Shown: positions 9,900 to 18,928 of the stretch, in pieces | Layout: the number at the start of each line of letters is the position of its first letter | Position numbering within the stretch: the stretch's first letter is position 1 | DNA from: an uncultured virus (IMG/VR IMGVR_UViG_3300016472_001095) | Lineage: Duplodnaviria > Heunggongvirae > Uroviricota > Caudoviricetes | Virus record (IMG/VR): IMGVR_UViG_3300016472_001095 | DNA: 64,000 bases | Direction: 5' to 3' (one strand) | The notes under the pieces: generated by a model | Told to the model about the DNA's origin: nothing | Database searches by the model: none | Seen by the model: the letters and a program-made list of their open reading frames with translations, nothing else | Made by a program: the position numbers and the translations under genes

Positions 9900-10583
9900 A
9901 TTTGCGGTATATTTGGTTCTAAAGACTTTACAACTTATGTAAAGCTTTATAAGAGCAACAAGAAACGTGGTACGTTTTCTTACGGTGGTCTACTGATCGG
10001 CTCACATATTCACGCTGTTCTCAAGACACCAGGCACTGCCAACCTATCCAATAAGCTAGTTATAGAGTACGGTAAAAAGAGGAGAAACATTACAGATTTT
10101 GATGTTTTTTTAGGACACACTCAAGCCCCTACATCTGAAAAAAGAACATTTTCACCAAATACATCTCATCCTTTTCAACATAAAGAATGGTTAATTGCAC
10201 ATAACGGGGTTTTAACAAACGATAAGGAATTAAAAAAGCTTATTAAAGATAAAAAATCTTATAACGTTGTAGATTCATCTGTTATTGCACCGCTTATAGC
10301 TATGTTTGTTAAAGAGCTAGATGATGAGGTTGCAGGTGTTTGCAAAGCACTATCGCTACTTAAAGGTACGTTTGGCCTTTGGATATATAATCAAAAAACT
10401 GGTAATATTTTTCTCGCACGATCCGGCAGTACAGTATTCGCAGATTTTCTATCAAACGACTTTTCTTCTTTAAAGGAAAGCGGGTTTGTCCCTCTTGACG
10501 AAGGTACACTATACCTATTAACTAAGGAAGGGTTAACCTCCGTAGGCGTATTTAAGACTAACTCTCCGTTTTTTACACAATGA
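9900..10583 (+). CDS. Class II (Ntn) glutamine amidotransferase, 227 aa, non-canonical ATT start
   Basis: Frame reads ATT-TGC-GGT-ATA-TTT-GGT = (M)CGIFG, then RG, GHTQAPT, SHPF, AHNGVL, VDS. It is in frame with the 93 aa ORF-track fragment starting at 10302. Confidence 0.88.
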   Translation: MCGIFGSKDFTTYVKLYKSNKKRGTFSYGGLLIGSHIHAVLKTPGTANLSNKLVIEYGKKRRNITDFDVFLGHTQAPTSEKRTFSPNTSHPFQHKEWLIAHNGVLTNDKELKKLIKDKKSYNVVDSSVIAPLIAMFVKELDDEVAGVCKALSLLKGTFGLWIYNQKTGNIFLARSGSTVFADFLSNDFSSLKESGFVPLDEGTLYLLTKEGLTSVGVFKTNSPFFTQ

Positions 10584-11272
10584 AAACAGCATTTTATTTT
10601 TGTACAAGAAATTCTAAAGCGCAAGATACTTTTGCATTTAAATCTCTTCAAAGAATTAAACTAGCTACTCTATGGGAGTTTACTATAATTTATAAGGAAA
10701 ATAATAATGACGGATTAAGCTTAAATTATAATAGTGTTTTAGAAAAGCATGGTAAAGATTATGATAACATAGTTTTTATACACGATGATGTTTATATTGA
10801 CGATCTTGGAGTGGTAAATAAGCTAGAAAAAGCTCATAATGATTTTGATATTGTAGGTCTTGCTGGGGGGTTAAATCCTGAAATTAAAGCACCCGCCCTT
10901 TGGCATTTAATGTGTGGGGGGTTTAACAGCGGTAATTTGAGAGGAGCAGTAGCCCATAAATTTAATAATGATCAAATTTTTATGACCAATTTTGGCCCCA
11001 CACCCGCTAGAGTTGCTATTTTAGATGGACTATTCCTAAGCGTTAAAACCGAATGTTTTTTAAAAAAGGAATTTAAATTTAATGAAAATTATAACTTCCA
11101 TCATTATGATATTGCCACCTGTATTGATGCTAATAAAAACAAATTAAAGTTAGGGGTCGTCCCTATATGGGTAGTACATAATTCACCCGGTCTTCTTAAT
11201 ATCAACGATGCTACATTTAGCGCTAGTCAATCTATATTTTTAAGAGAGTATAGCAGTATTGATTCTGTATAA
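10580..11272 (+). CDS. Glycosyltransferase-like protein (GT-A / GT2-like)
   Basis: YNSVL, FIHDDVYIDD, VGLAG, LDGLFL, FHHYDIATC, HNSPG. ATGA-coupled to the amidotransferase. Confidence 0.75.
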   Translation: MKTAFYFCTRNSKAQDTFAFKSLQRIKLATLWEFTIIYKENNNDGLSLNYNSVLEKHGKDYDNIVFIHDDVYIDDLGVVNKLEKAHNDFDIVGLAGGLNPEIKAPALWHLMCGGFNSGNLRGAVAHKFNNDQIFMTNFGPTPARVAILDGLFLSVKTECFLKKEFKFNENYNFHHYDIATCIDANKNKLKLGVVPIWVVHNSPGLLNINDATFSASQSIFLREYSSIDSV

Positions 11273-11292
11273 TTTTAATATATCATAAGAGA

Positions 11293-12621
11293 ATGGTTAA
11301 ATTAGATCTAGATTTTTTTGAGCTTATTATTGCTTATAAATCATTAACTGATGAAACCTATTTAGCTTCTGTTGTCGACCATATAAAGCCTATTTTCTTT
11401 AAAAATAAAGATATTAAAGTTATTTTTACAATAATAAGAGATTTTTATGAAAAAAGAAATGCATGTCCTACCTTAACAGAAATAAAATCGTATTTAACTA
11501 ACGATGAGCTTAAAAATTCATTTAAGAATGTTGTAACACAGTTTAATAATTTAGATAAAAATTTTAACACAGATGAATTATCTGCTAATACAGAAACTTT
11601 TATAAAAGAAAAATCCGTATACCATACAATGATGGATGTAGTAGATGATATCAACAAAAATAGTGTCGACACTTCTAAAATTTTAGCTAAATTTGAAAAA
11701 GCTTGTAGTATATCTTTAACCACTGAAATAGGGTTAGATTTGTATGCTAATTTAGATAGAGTAATTGAAGACCTGCATTCTTCAGAAAAATATATTCCTT
11801 CTAAATGGAAATGGCTTGATGATAAAATAGGAGGTGGGTTTCTAGAATCTGGTAGAGCACTCTATTTGTTTGCAGGCGAAACAAATATTGGTAAAAGTAT
11901 ATTTTTAGGAAATGTAGCTATTAACATAGCTGAGCAAGGAAAGACTGTATTGCTTGTTTCTTTAGAAATGCCAGAAATAATTTATGCTAAAAGACTCGTT
12001 TCAAGTGTATCTAAAATACCATTAAGCCAATTAAAAATAGAGTCTGATTCTTTAAAAAATCAAATTAGCGAGTATTGTATTGAAAATCCAAACGCAAAAA
12101 TTATTATAAAGGAGTTTCCTCCCGCAACAATTACGCCCAACCATTTAAAGGCTTTTATTAAAAAATTAATACAAAAAGGTATTAAGATAGATGCCATAGT
12201 TTTGGATTACGTAAATCTATTACATTCGTCTATGGGTGATTCAAGCTATGAGCGTGTTAAGATTTGTACTGAACAATTAAGAGCTTTATCATATGGGTTT
12301 AATTGCCCTGTTATATCCGCTACTCAGTTAAACCGTGAGGGGTATGAAATAACTGACCCAGGTTTAAAGACAATATCAGAAAGTATAGGGTTGGCTATGA
12401 CAGGTGACGTTATTATGAGTATTTGGCAAGAAGATACAGATAAAGAACTTGGCATTATTAAAATGGGATTAATGAAAAACAGGTTTGGACCTAATTACGG
12501 TCATTGTGCAATGAGGATAGATTATTCAACACTTACTATTACAGAAGACGAGCATATAAATGACACAGAAGCAAGCACTTCTTCAATTAGTACGTTGACA
12601 AAATTAGCTATCGACAATTGA
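11293..12621 (+). CDS. gp41: Replicative DnaB-like helicase (T4 gp41)
   Basis: Walker A GETNIGKS, SLEM, IKEFP, LDYVNL, SATQLNR, SESIGL, KNRFG. Promoter TTGATT(11259)-16-TATCAT(11281)-6-ATG. Confidence 0.95.
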   Translation: MVKLDLDFFELIIAYKSLTDETYLASVVDHIKPIFFKNKDIKVIFTIIRDFYEKRNACPTLTEIKSYLTNDELKNSFKNVVTQFNNLDKNFNTDELSANTETFIKEKSVYHTMMDVVDDINKNSVDTSKILAKFEKACSISLTTEIGLDLYANLDRVIEDLHSSEKYIPSKWKWLDDKIGGGFLESGRALYLFAGETNIGKSIFLGNVAINIAEQGKTVLLVSLEMPEIIYAKRLVSSVSKIPLSQLKIESDSLKNQISEYCIENPNAKIIIKEFPPATITPNHLKAFIKKLIQKGIKIDAIVLDYVNLLHSSMGDSSYERVKICTEQLRALSYGFNCPVISATQLNREGYEITDPGLKTISESIGLAMTGDVIMSIWQEDTDKELGIIKMGLMKNRFGPNYGHCAMRIDYSTLTITEDEHINDTEASTSSISTLTKLAIDN

Positions 12622-12646
12622 TTTATCTATTTAGTTAGATAATTAG

Positions 12647-12943
12647 TTGTTGAATGTGAAAGGTTACGATCCTTCTGAGCAATTAACAGATTATGAACAA
12701 ACTCATTTGTTTTTATCTTTCTGTTCGTTTGTAACACTCACTAATACAAAAAAATTAAATCTTGCTAATGTTTTTATTACCCTTCTTAAGAATAAAGAAT
12801 TTAGAGAGATTTTTAAAATTTATTGTGATTTAAAAAATGATTTTTCAGCTGTAAAATTTTTCTTGCAATTTGATTCAAGCTTGTATAAAAGTAAATATAT
12901 AATGAAATTTTTAAACTCAAATAAAAAGGCGCTTTTCCTATGA
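12647..12943 (+). CDS. Hypothetical protein (start uncertain)
   Basis: 98 aa ORF filling the gap, ATGA-coupled to the next gene. Confidence 0.6.
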   Translation: MLNVKGYDPSEQLTDYEQTHLFLSFCSFVTLTNTKKLNLANVFITLLKNKEFREIFKIYCDLKNDFSAVKFFLQFDSSLYKSKYIMKFLNSNKKALFL

Positions 12944-13152
12944 GCAATATTGTTAATGCTTCTGTAACTTTAGATAAGAAGAAATGTACAGATAAAGTTT
13001 ATTTTGATAAAGCCTACAAAAGGTTTGCAAGAGAATTTTTAAGGTCGGGTGTGTTAGAGGATTTAAGATTTAAAAGGTGTTATTATAAACCAAGCGTGTT
13101 GCGTAAGTTAAAAAAGCAAGTTGCAAGACAGAAGTGGAAGTTTTACAATTGA
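12940..13152 (+). CDS. rpsU: Ribosomal protein bS21 homolog
   Basis: 70 aa and basic. FDKAYKRFAREFLRSGVLEDLRFKRCYYKPSVLRKLKKQVAR matches the bS21 pattern (ALRRFKR..G.L.E.R.R..YEKP...RK). Confidence 0.8.
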   Translation: MSNIVNASVTLDKKKCTDKVYFDKAYKRFAREFLRSGVLEDLRFKRCYYKPSVLRKLKKQVARQKWKFYN

Positions 13153-13790
13153 TTACCGAGTTTGAAAAGCACATTTATAATTCTTATTTAAAAGTCACTA
13201 GATCAAATAGTGAACTACCTTACAAACTTAGAAAAAATTTTGAAAAAGTTGACGATAAGCTTTATGTAGCCTTAAAAAAGCTTTCTTCTTTTTTTAAGAG
13301 ATACCCCCATATAAAAATAGAGGATTTTTTTCGCGCGCCTTATTCTCTTTACCCTGACGAAAAATATTTTCCAATAGAATATTTTTATTCACTTAAAGCT
13401 ATAAAGTCCTATACTTTGTTTAATAAGCAACAGACAAATCTTGATCCGGATAGCGATGAACAGCTTAATAGCATTAAAAATTCATTAATTTTTATAAAAA
13501 GTTTTTGTAGAGATAATAATTTAAATGTAGAAAATTATATTTTTCACAAAACAAAAAATGAATATTCATTTATTTTGCACTTAAAAGAACATAATGTCAA
13601 CGTATATACTTTATTAGGATTTAATAACTTTGAGAAAATTCTTAGAGGCTGTAACCCCGATATTACAAAATTTATTATTGGTGAGGATATATACAACAAC
13701 ATCCAGGTATTTAGAACACGTCTTTATAATTCAAAAAAAGCAAGTAAAGTTGTCGAATATGGACTTAAAAAAATATTAGAAAAAGCTTGA
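13134..13790 (+). CDS. Probable helicase loader (T4 gp59-like)
   Basis: About 215 aa, basic and aromatic-rich, directly upstream of gp32 as in T4. Sequence resemblance is weak and the true start may be TTG at 13149. Confidence 0.5.
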   Translation: MEVLQLITEFEKHIYNSYLKVTRSNSELPYKLRKNFEKVDDKLYVALKKLSSFFKRYPHIKIEDFFRAPYSLYPDEKYFPIEYFYSLKAIKSYTLFNKQQTNLDPDSDEQLNSIKNSLIFIKSFCRDNNLNVENYIFHKTKNEYSFILHLKEHNVNVYTLLGFNNFEKILRGCNPDITKFIIGEDIYNNIQVFRTRLYNSKKASKVVEYGLKKILEKA

Positions 13791-13820
13791 TTAAGCAAAT
13801 AAAGTTATTATTATTATTCT

Positions 13821-14675
13821 ATGAGTACATTTACCACATCGATGTTTGAAAGTATTAAGGGCGCTTTGACGAAAAATAACGAATCTACTGCTTCGAAGGT
13901 TAAAGACTATCTTCGCTGTGAAGCCGGCAACACATATACAGTTAGACTTATTCCTAATGTAAAAGACCCATCTAAGACGTTTTTTCACTATTATTCATAC
14001 GGCTGGAATAGTTTTGCTACTGGTGAGCTTATTACTGCAGTAAGCCCTACTACATGGAATCAGCGTGATCCTATTGCTGAAGAAAGGTATCGTATTTTGA
14101 GAACAGGTACAGAGAAAGAGAAGGAAAAGGCTTTGGCTATTAAGCGTAGAGAAAATTGGTTAGTTAATGTTTATATTATTAACGATCCCGTAAACTCTGA
14201 TAATAATGGGAAGGTAAAGCTCTTACGTTTTGGTCGCCAGCTACATAAAATTATTATGGATGCTATTGAAGGTGAAGAAGCCGCAGAGCTTGGTCCTCGT
14301 ATATTTGACCTATCTCCTAAAGGCTGTAACCTTAGAATTAAAGTTGAGAAGCAGGGTGACTACCCCACATACGTTTCATCTAAGTTTTCTACTCCTAAGG
14401 AAATAGAGGGGTTGGACGAAGATGATTATAAGAAAGTTTATAACAGCTCATTTGATCTTGAGTCATATGTTAGTGTTAAGAGCTACGAAGAGCTTAAAAA
14501 TCTACTTGATGCGCATTACTATGGCACCAAGGATGTTGAAGAGGACGGCGCTGTTACTGCTGAAGTTAAAGCACCTAAGCCTTCAGTTAATGTAACTATT
14601 AATTCTAAGAAGGCTGAGACGAAAGAGACTACAGCCGACGATCAGCAAATAGACGAATTACTTAAAGATCTATAA
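13821..14675 (+). CDS. gp32: Single-stranded DNA-binding protein (T4 gp32-like)
   Basis: VRLIP, DPIAE, NVYIINDP..NNGKVKLLRFG, IFDL..GCNLRIK, YVSSKF, acidic tail. Promoter TTGATT(13787)-16-TATTAT(13809)-6-ATG. Confidence 0.9.
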   Translation: MSTFTTSMFESIKGALTKNNESTASKVKDYLRCEAGNTYTVRLIPNVKDPSKTFFHYYSYGWNSFATGELITAVSPTTWNQRDPIAEERYRILRTGTEKEKEKALAIKRRENWLVNVYIINDPVNSDNNGKVKLLRFGRQLHKIIMDAIEGEEAAELGPRIFDLSPKGCNLRIKVEKQGDYPTYVSSKFSTPKEIEGLDEDDYKKVYNSSFDLESYVSVKSYEELKNLLDAHYYGTKDVEEDGAVTAEVKAPKPSVNVTINSKKAETKETTADDQQIDELLKDL

Positions 14676-15073
14676 TGGAAGATACTTTTAGAGAGTTAAC
14701 TCCAGAAGAAATTAAACTGGCTACTATCCAGTTTATGGGCCAGCACCTAACTGGAGAAATGAAAGAACTCAATAAAAATATTATCGGCGAAAGCGCTACA
14801 CTTAGATCTTTATCCATAGACCCCTTAAAAGTTATTCAAACAATTCCAGGGGATAAACGTCCATATGCTACAACTGTTAATGCTGGGATAAATATTGCTC
14901 CTAACGCTATTCATCATCCTATTCCAGTACAGCAATCTCAACAACCCACAGTAGATCCTAATCAACTTGAATTTGATTTTGGTAAGTCAAATTTAGCAAA
15001 TTCTATTTTAGATCGGTTAGATTCGTTGAGCTCAAAATTAGATAAAGTTATAGCCTTACTTAAAAAAGATTGA
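14675..15073 (+). CDS. Hypothetical protein
   Basis: 132 aa ORF, TAATG-coupled to gp32. Confidence 0.7.
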   Translation: MEDTFRELTPEEIKLATIQFMGQHLTGEMKELNKNIIGESATLRSLSIDPLKVIQTIPGDKRPYATTVNAGINIAPNAIHHPIPVQQSQQPTVDPNQLEFDFGKSNLANSILDRLDSLSSKLDKVIALLKKD

Positions 15074-15103
15074 TAATTAGTAGTTATATCTTATTATAAA
15101 TGT

Positions 15104-15835
15104 GTGAATTTAAGTATAAAAGATAGAGATAACTTTTTAAATAATTTTGTAATTCCGTTAAGTAAGATAACAGACAGCGCAGTTATAAAAATTGCTCCAG
15201 GCAAGATAACATCTTTAATTTCCACAAGCGATAATACAATTATTGTTAATTCAGAGTATAACGATGATAGTATAAAAGCAGTTAAAACTTTAAACGTACC
15301 TGACTTAAAGAAGCTTTGCAGAGTTATTTCATGTATAGATGAAACAACTTTTAATTTAGATATATCATCAAATTTTATAGGCTACGATTCTCGTAATGTT
15401 AGGTTTAAGTATCATTTGTATGACGATGGCATTATTGCATCACCTAAGCTTAGTATAGATAAACTTAATTCTTTAGAATTTGATGGTAAGTTCACCCTAC
15501 CTCTCGCCTCTGTCATAAACCTTATCAAAGGCAGCTCCATAAGCACCGAAACAAATAAGATTTATTTGTCTGTTAAAGACAAGCAGATATTTGGTGAATT
15601 AACAGATAAGACTAGATCTAATATTGATTCATATGGTATTAATATTTCTGATGATTATAGCGGAACTCAGTTTGCAGTTGCTATACCCTTGAATTTTGAG
15701 ATATTTAGAATAATTTCTTCTATGAGATTTAAGGAGCTTCAAGCAAACCTAATAACAAAAATGGGCGTATTAACGTTAGACTTAAACTTAGATAATTCTA
15801 AATTTAAGTTTGTTATTTCTGCTCTAGCCAACTAA
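15104..15835 (+). CDS. gp45: DNA polymerase sliding clamp (T4 gp45-like)
   Basis: 243 aa with an alternating alpha/beta clamp-like pattern, C-terminal FVISAL, replication context. Promoter TTGATA(15070)-16-TATTAT(15092)-6-GTG. Confidence 0.7.
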   Translation: MNLSIKDRDNFLNNFVIPLSKITDSAVIKIAPGKITSLISTSDNTIIVNSEYNDDSIKAVKTLNVPDLKKLCRVISCIDETTFNLDISSNFIGYDSRNVRFKYHLYDDGIIASPKLSIDKLNSLEFDGKFTLPLASVINLIKGSSISTETNKIYLSVKDKQIFGELTDKTRSNIDSYGINISDDYSGTQFAVAIPLNFEIFRIISSMRFKELQANLITKMGVLTLDLNLDNSKFKFVISALAN

Positions 15836-16198
15836 ATGAGCAAAAATAAAATTAAAACACCTAGCTATTTTGTAAAGCGTTTAAGAGACAACGGCTTTAT
15901 AGCTATTAAGTTATTTGGGGTATTTGCTAAGCAAGATCCAAGACAATGGGTAGTTCTTGTCAATCCTAGTGAGGCATCGGTTCTTGTTACCTGTTATTTA
16001 AACAAGGATAATCTCAATGAAGTTCTATTTGAATTTAATGACGGTGATAGACATATACCTAGAAATTTTTCTATTAAAACTGATTCTATTGAAGTAATTA
16101 TAGACTATTTGCTTAGACACGGTGTTTCTAATAATAAAGATTACCCAGGCCGCGATAGATATTTGTCAAAAAGATTAAATACTTATGATGAAAAATAA
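15836..16198 (+). CDS. Hypothetical protein
   Basis: 120 aa ORF abutting the clamp gene. Confidence 0.7.
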   Translation: MSKNKIKTPSYFVKRLRDNGFIAIKLFGVFAKQDPRQWVVLVNPSEASVLVTCYLNKDNLNEVLFEFNDGDRHIPRNFSIKTDSIEVIIDYLLRHGVSNNKDYPGRDRYLSKRLNTYDEK

Positions 16199-16511
16199 AA
16201 ATTCATCCAAGGGTAAAGATCAGAATAAAAGCTTTAATCCTAATGAAAATAAAGAAATCAAAGAGCTTACTCATAAAGCACTTTTATCATTTCTTCGTGA
16301 TCAAATTAGTGAAAAAAACTCTAATAAAAAAGATATAGAAGCGCTAAATGCTCAAATATTAGAATTTTTAAATTGCTTTATTTTAATTGGATATAACTTT
16401 AATGGCGAGCCAATATCTATGATATCTGCGCACAACCAGCAAGAAGCAGATTCTCTGGGCACACTTATTAATAAGTTTATATTTAATTCATCTAAAGACT
16501 CTGGAGAATAG
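16185..16511 (+). CDS. Hypothetical protein (likely start at the second ATG, 16188)
   Basis: ORF with TAAATA at 16176-16181, 6 nt before ATG 16188. Confidence 0.65.
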   Translation: MMKNKNSSKGKDQNKSFNPNENKEIKELTHKALLSFLRDQISEKNSNKKDIEALNAQILEFLNCFILIGYNFNGEPISMISAHNQQEADSLGTLINKFIFNSSKDSGE

Positions 16512-16534
16512 TTAGTTTGTTAATATAATATTTT

Positions 16535-17371
16535 GTGGTAAAAGTATTAATACTTGGCAAAGGATTTATAGGTAATAAACTTGCAAAATACTTGCAAGAA
16601 AATAATGTTGATATTTTTCATATAGCACAAAATGAAATAGATTACACTCGCCATACCACTTTAAGCATGCTCTTAAGAGAATATAATTTTTCTCATGTAG
16701 TTAATTGCTGCGGTTATACAGGCAAGCCTAATGTTGATGGCTGTGAAAATAATAAGGAAGATTGCTGGAAGTATAATGTAACAGTTGCTTCTTACATAGA
16801 CAGGCTATGTCATTGCTATGGAAGAAAGATTATACATATTTCAAGCGGTTGTATATACACAGGCTACGAAAAAGAATTTACAGAAACAGACGTCCCAAAC
16901 TTCGGTCTTTTTAATCCCAACTCTAGCTTTTATTCTAAGAGCAAACACGCATTAGAATCAGTAGTCAATACAAATTTTTCTACTGTTTTTAGAATAAGAA
17001 TGCCATTTACAAATCTGAAAGAAGATAAAAATTATATTTATAAAATATTGAAATATGATAATCTTTTGAGTATGCCAAACAGTCTTACAAGTGTAACAGA
17101 CCTCTGTAGTGTAGTTCAGCAATTTATAGAGGAGCATAGGCCTGGAATTTTTAATGTTGTCAATCCGCAACCGGCTGAAGCTAAGGAGATTGTCACTCTT
17201 CTAAAAAAATATAACCATATTAATCCTAATTGGAAGTTCGTAGAATATAAGGATCTTGACATCATAGCTAATAGATCTAATTGTATTTTAAGCTCTGATA
17301 AACTTAAGACTATAGGCCTATGTTTACCTGATACATTCGAATCTCTAGAGAAATGTATAAAGGAGTTATGA
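16535..17371 (+). CDS. NDP-4-keto-6-deoxyhexose reductase (RmlD / NRS-ER-like SDR), probable NDP-rhamnose synthesis
   Basis: Rossmann LILGKGFIG, GYTGKPNVDGCE, HISSGCIY, YSKSK catalytic YxxxK, RIRMP, NRSNCIL. Confidence 0.85.
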   Translation: MVKVLILGKGFIGNKLAKYLQENNVDIFHIAQNEIDYTRHTTLSMLLREYNFSHVVNCCGYTGKPNVDGCENNKEDCWKYNVTVASYIDRLCHCYGRKIIHISSGCIYTGYEKEFTETDVPNFGLFNPNSSFYSKSKHALESVVNTNFSTVFRIRMPFTNLKEDKNYIYKILKYDNLLSMPNSLTSVTDLCSVVQQFIEEHRPGIFNVVNPQPAEAKEIVTLLKKYNHINPNWKFVEYKDLDIIANRSNCILSSDKLKTIGLCLPDTFESLEKCIKEL

Positions 17372-17661
17372 AATTTTCATTTTTAAATAAGCACCCCAAA
17401 AAGCGTATTATATATGCTATTACTGGGGGCTATTATTTAGGCGAATTATTTGTTTTTATGGAAAAGACAGATGAAAAATATATATTTCTCTCCCTACCTG
17501 AAATGCACATTAGAGAGGTGCCAATCGATAAATTTGAGTTTGGATTGAACCAAAACATTATAGATATAGTTAAAAAAATACCAAATTTTGTTTATAAAGT
17601 ATGTAAAGCGCAATATACCAAAAATAAAACACGTGACTTACAGTCTTTAAAGGATAAATAG
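17353..17661 (+). CDS. Hypothetical protein (likely start ATG 17368)
   Basis: ORF with ATGA overlap at the upstream stop. Confidence 0.6.
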   Translation: MYKGVMKFSFLNKHPKKRIIYAITGGYYLGELFVFMEKTDEKYIFLSLPEMHIREVPIDKFEFGLNQNIIDIVKKIPNFVYKVCKAQYTKNKTRDLQSLKDK

Positions 17662-17665
17662 TTAT

Positions 17666-17854
17666 ATGGATTTTATTTCACCAAAACCAATCGTGTCCCC
17701 TATTAGCGGTCAAGTAGTAAGACCGGTCTTAAAAACGTATGTTCGTGAAGGCAAAGAAATTGTAGAAGCTGAATATATCGACCCAGCTAGTGGTTCTTTT
17801 ATCCGTAAAGGTATTGTTTCTGTAAGAGATTTAAAGAAACCCTCCGAAAAATAA
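17666..17854 (+). CDS. Small hypothetical late protein
   Basis: 62 aa ORF, TAAATA(17655)-5-ATG. Confidence 0.65.
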   Translation: MDFISPKPIVSPISGQVVRPVLKTYVREGKEIVEAEYIDPASGSFIRKGIVSVRDLKKPSEK

Positions 17855-17890
17855 TCTTGTAAGTTAGTTGTTTTGTACTATAATTAAAAT

Positions 17891-18928
17891 GTGTTAATAC
17901 CGACCGAATATATACTGCAAAAATTTTATCAGTACGCTGGCTATCCTCAATATAAAAAGAGTAGCAACACTTATATTGCAGGGTGCCCTATATGCAGAGA
18001 AGGAAAATCGTGGGGTAAAAAAAGAAGATGCATTTTTATTGTTGAAGACAATGCTATATGCTGTCATAATTGTGGTTGGTATAGTGATGCGGTAAAATGG
18101 ATTTGCGAGGTATCGGGGCTAAATTTTTCTGAAGTACTTAATGAATCTAAAAATTTTGATATCTTACCATTAAACGCATATACTGACGAAACTAAACAGG
18201 AAAAGCCTAAACCAACACATACACTCCCTACCGACTGTATAAATTTATTTGATAATAATCAAATTGAATTTTATAAAGATAATAAGATTGTTAATGACGC
18301 TCTTTCTATTGTTATTAATAGAAGACTAGATAGAGCAGTTAATAGACCAGATACATTGTATGTTACCTGTAAAGATAAAATTCATAAAAACAGAATTGTA
18401 ATACCTTTTTATGACGATAATAATAATAATATTATTTTTTATCAAACAAGGCTTATTTATAAAAACGATGAAAAGCTGTATCCTAAGTATCTAAGCAAGG
18501 TAAATGGAGAGAAATCCCTATACAATATCAATAAAATAGATCCGCAATTAGAATATATTTTTATTTTTGAAGGCCCTATCGATTCTTTTTTCGTAAAAAA
18601 CGGTACTGCTGTTGCAGGTATTCAAGAGAATAGTAGCAATACATTTTCAACACTCCAGGAACAACAACTCATACCTTTTAAGTTTTTTAAAAAGATATGG
18701 GTGTTAGACAGCCAGTGGGCTGATACAGCAAGTAGAAATAAGACGAGTAAGTTAATTGAAAATGAAGAAACTGTTTTTATATGGCCAGAGGATTTAGGTA
18801 AAAAATATAAAGATATAAATGAGTACTGTGTTAGTAATAAATTAGACAGTATTGATCCAGAGTTTTTAATTAATAATTCTTATTCAGGAATTAAAGCCAA
18901 GCTTTTAATGTCTATTATCTGTCGTTAG
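17891..18928 (+). CDS. gp61: DNA primase (T4 gp61-like)
   Basis: Zinc finger CPIC...CHNCG, RIVIPF, TOPRIM FEGPIDS, KDINE. Promoter TTGTAA(17857)-16-TATAAT(17879)-6-GTG. Confidence 0.93.
   Translation: MLIPTEYILQKFYQYAGYPQYKKSSNTYIAGCPICREGKSWGKKRRCIFIVEDNAICCHNCGWYSDAVKWICEVSGLNFSEVLNESKNFDILPLNAYTDETKQEKPKPTHTLPTDCINLFDNNQIEFYKDNKIVNDALSIVINRRLDRAVNRPDTLYVTCKDKIHKNRIVIPFYDDNNNNIIFYQTRLIYKNDEKLYPKYLSKVNGEKSLYNINKIDPQLEYIFIFEGPIDSFFVKNGTAVAGIQENSSNTFSTLQEQQLIPFKFFKKIWVLDSQWADTASRNKTSKLIENEETVFIWPEDLGKKYKDINEYCVSNKLDSIDPEFLINNSYSGIKAKLLMSIICR

Noticed and set aside
12647..12943. Possible gp33 late-transcription coactivator based on position near gp59/gp32
   Set aside because: No recognisable gp33 sequence features, so it is left as hypothetical.
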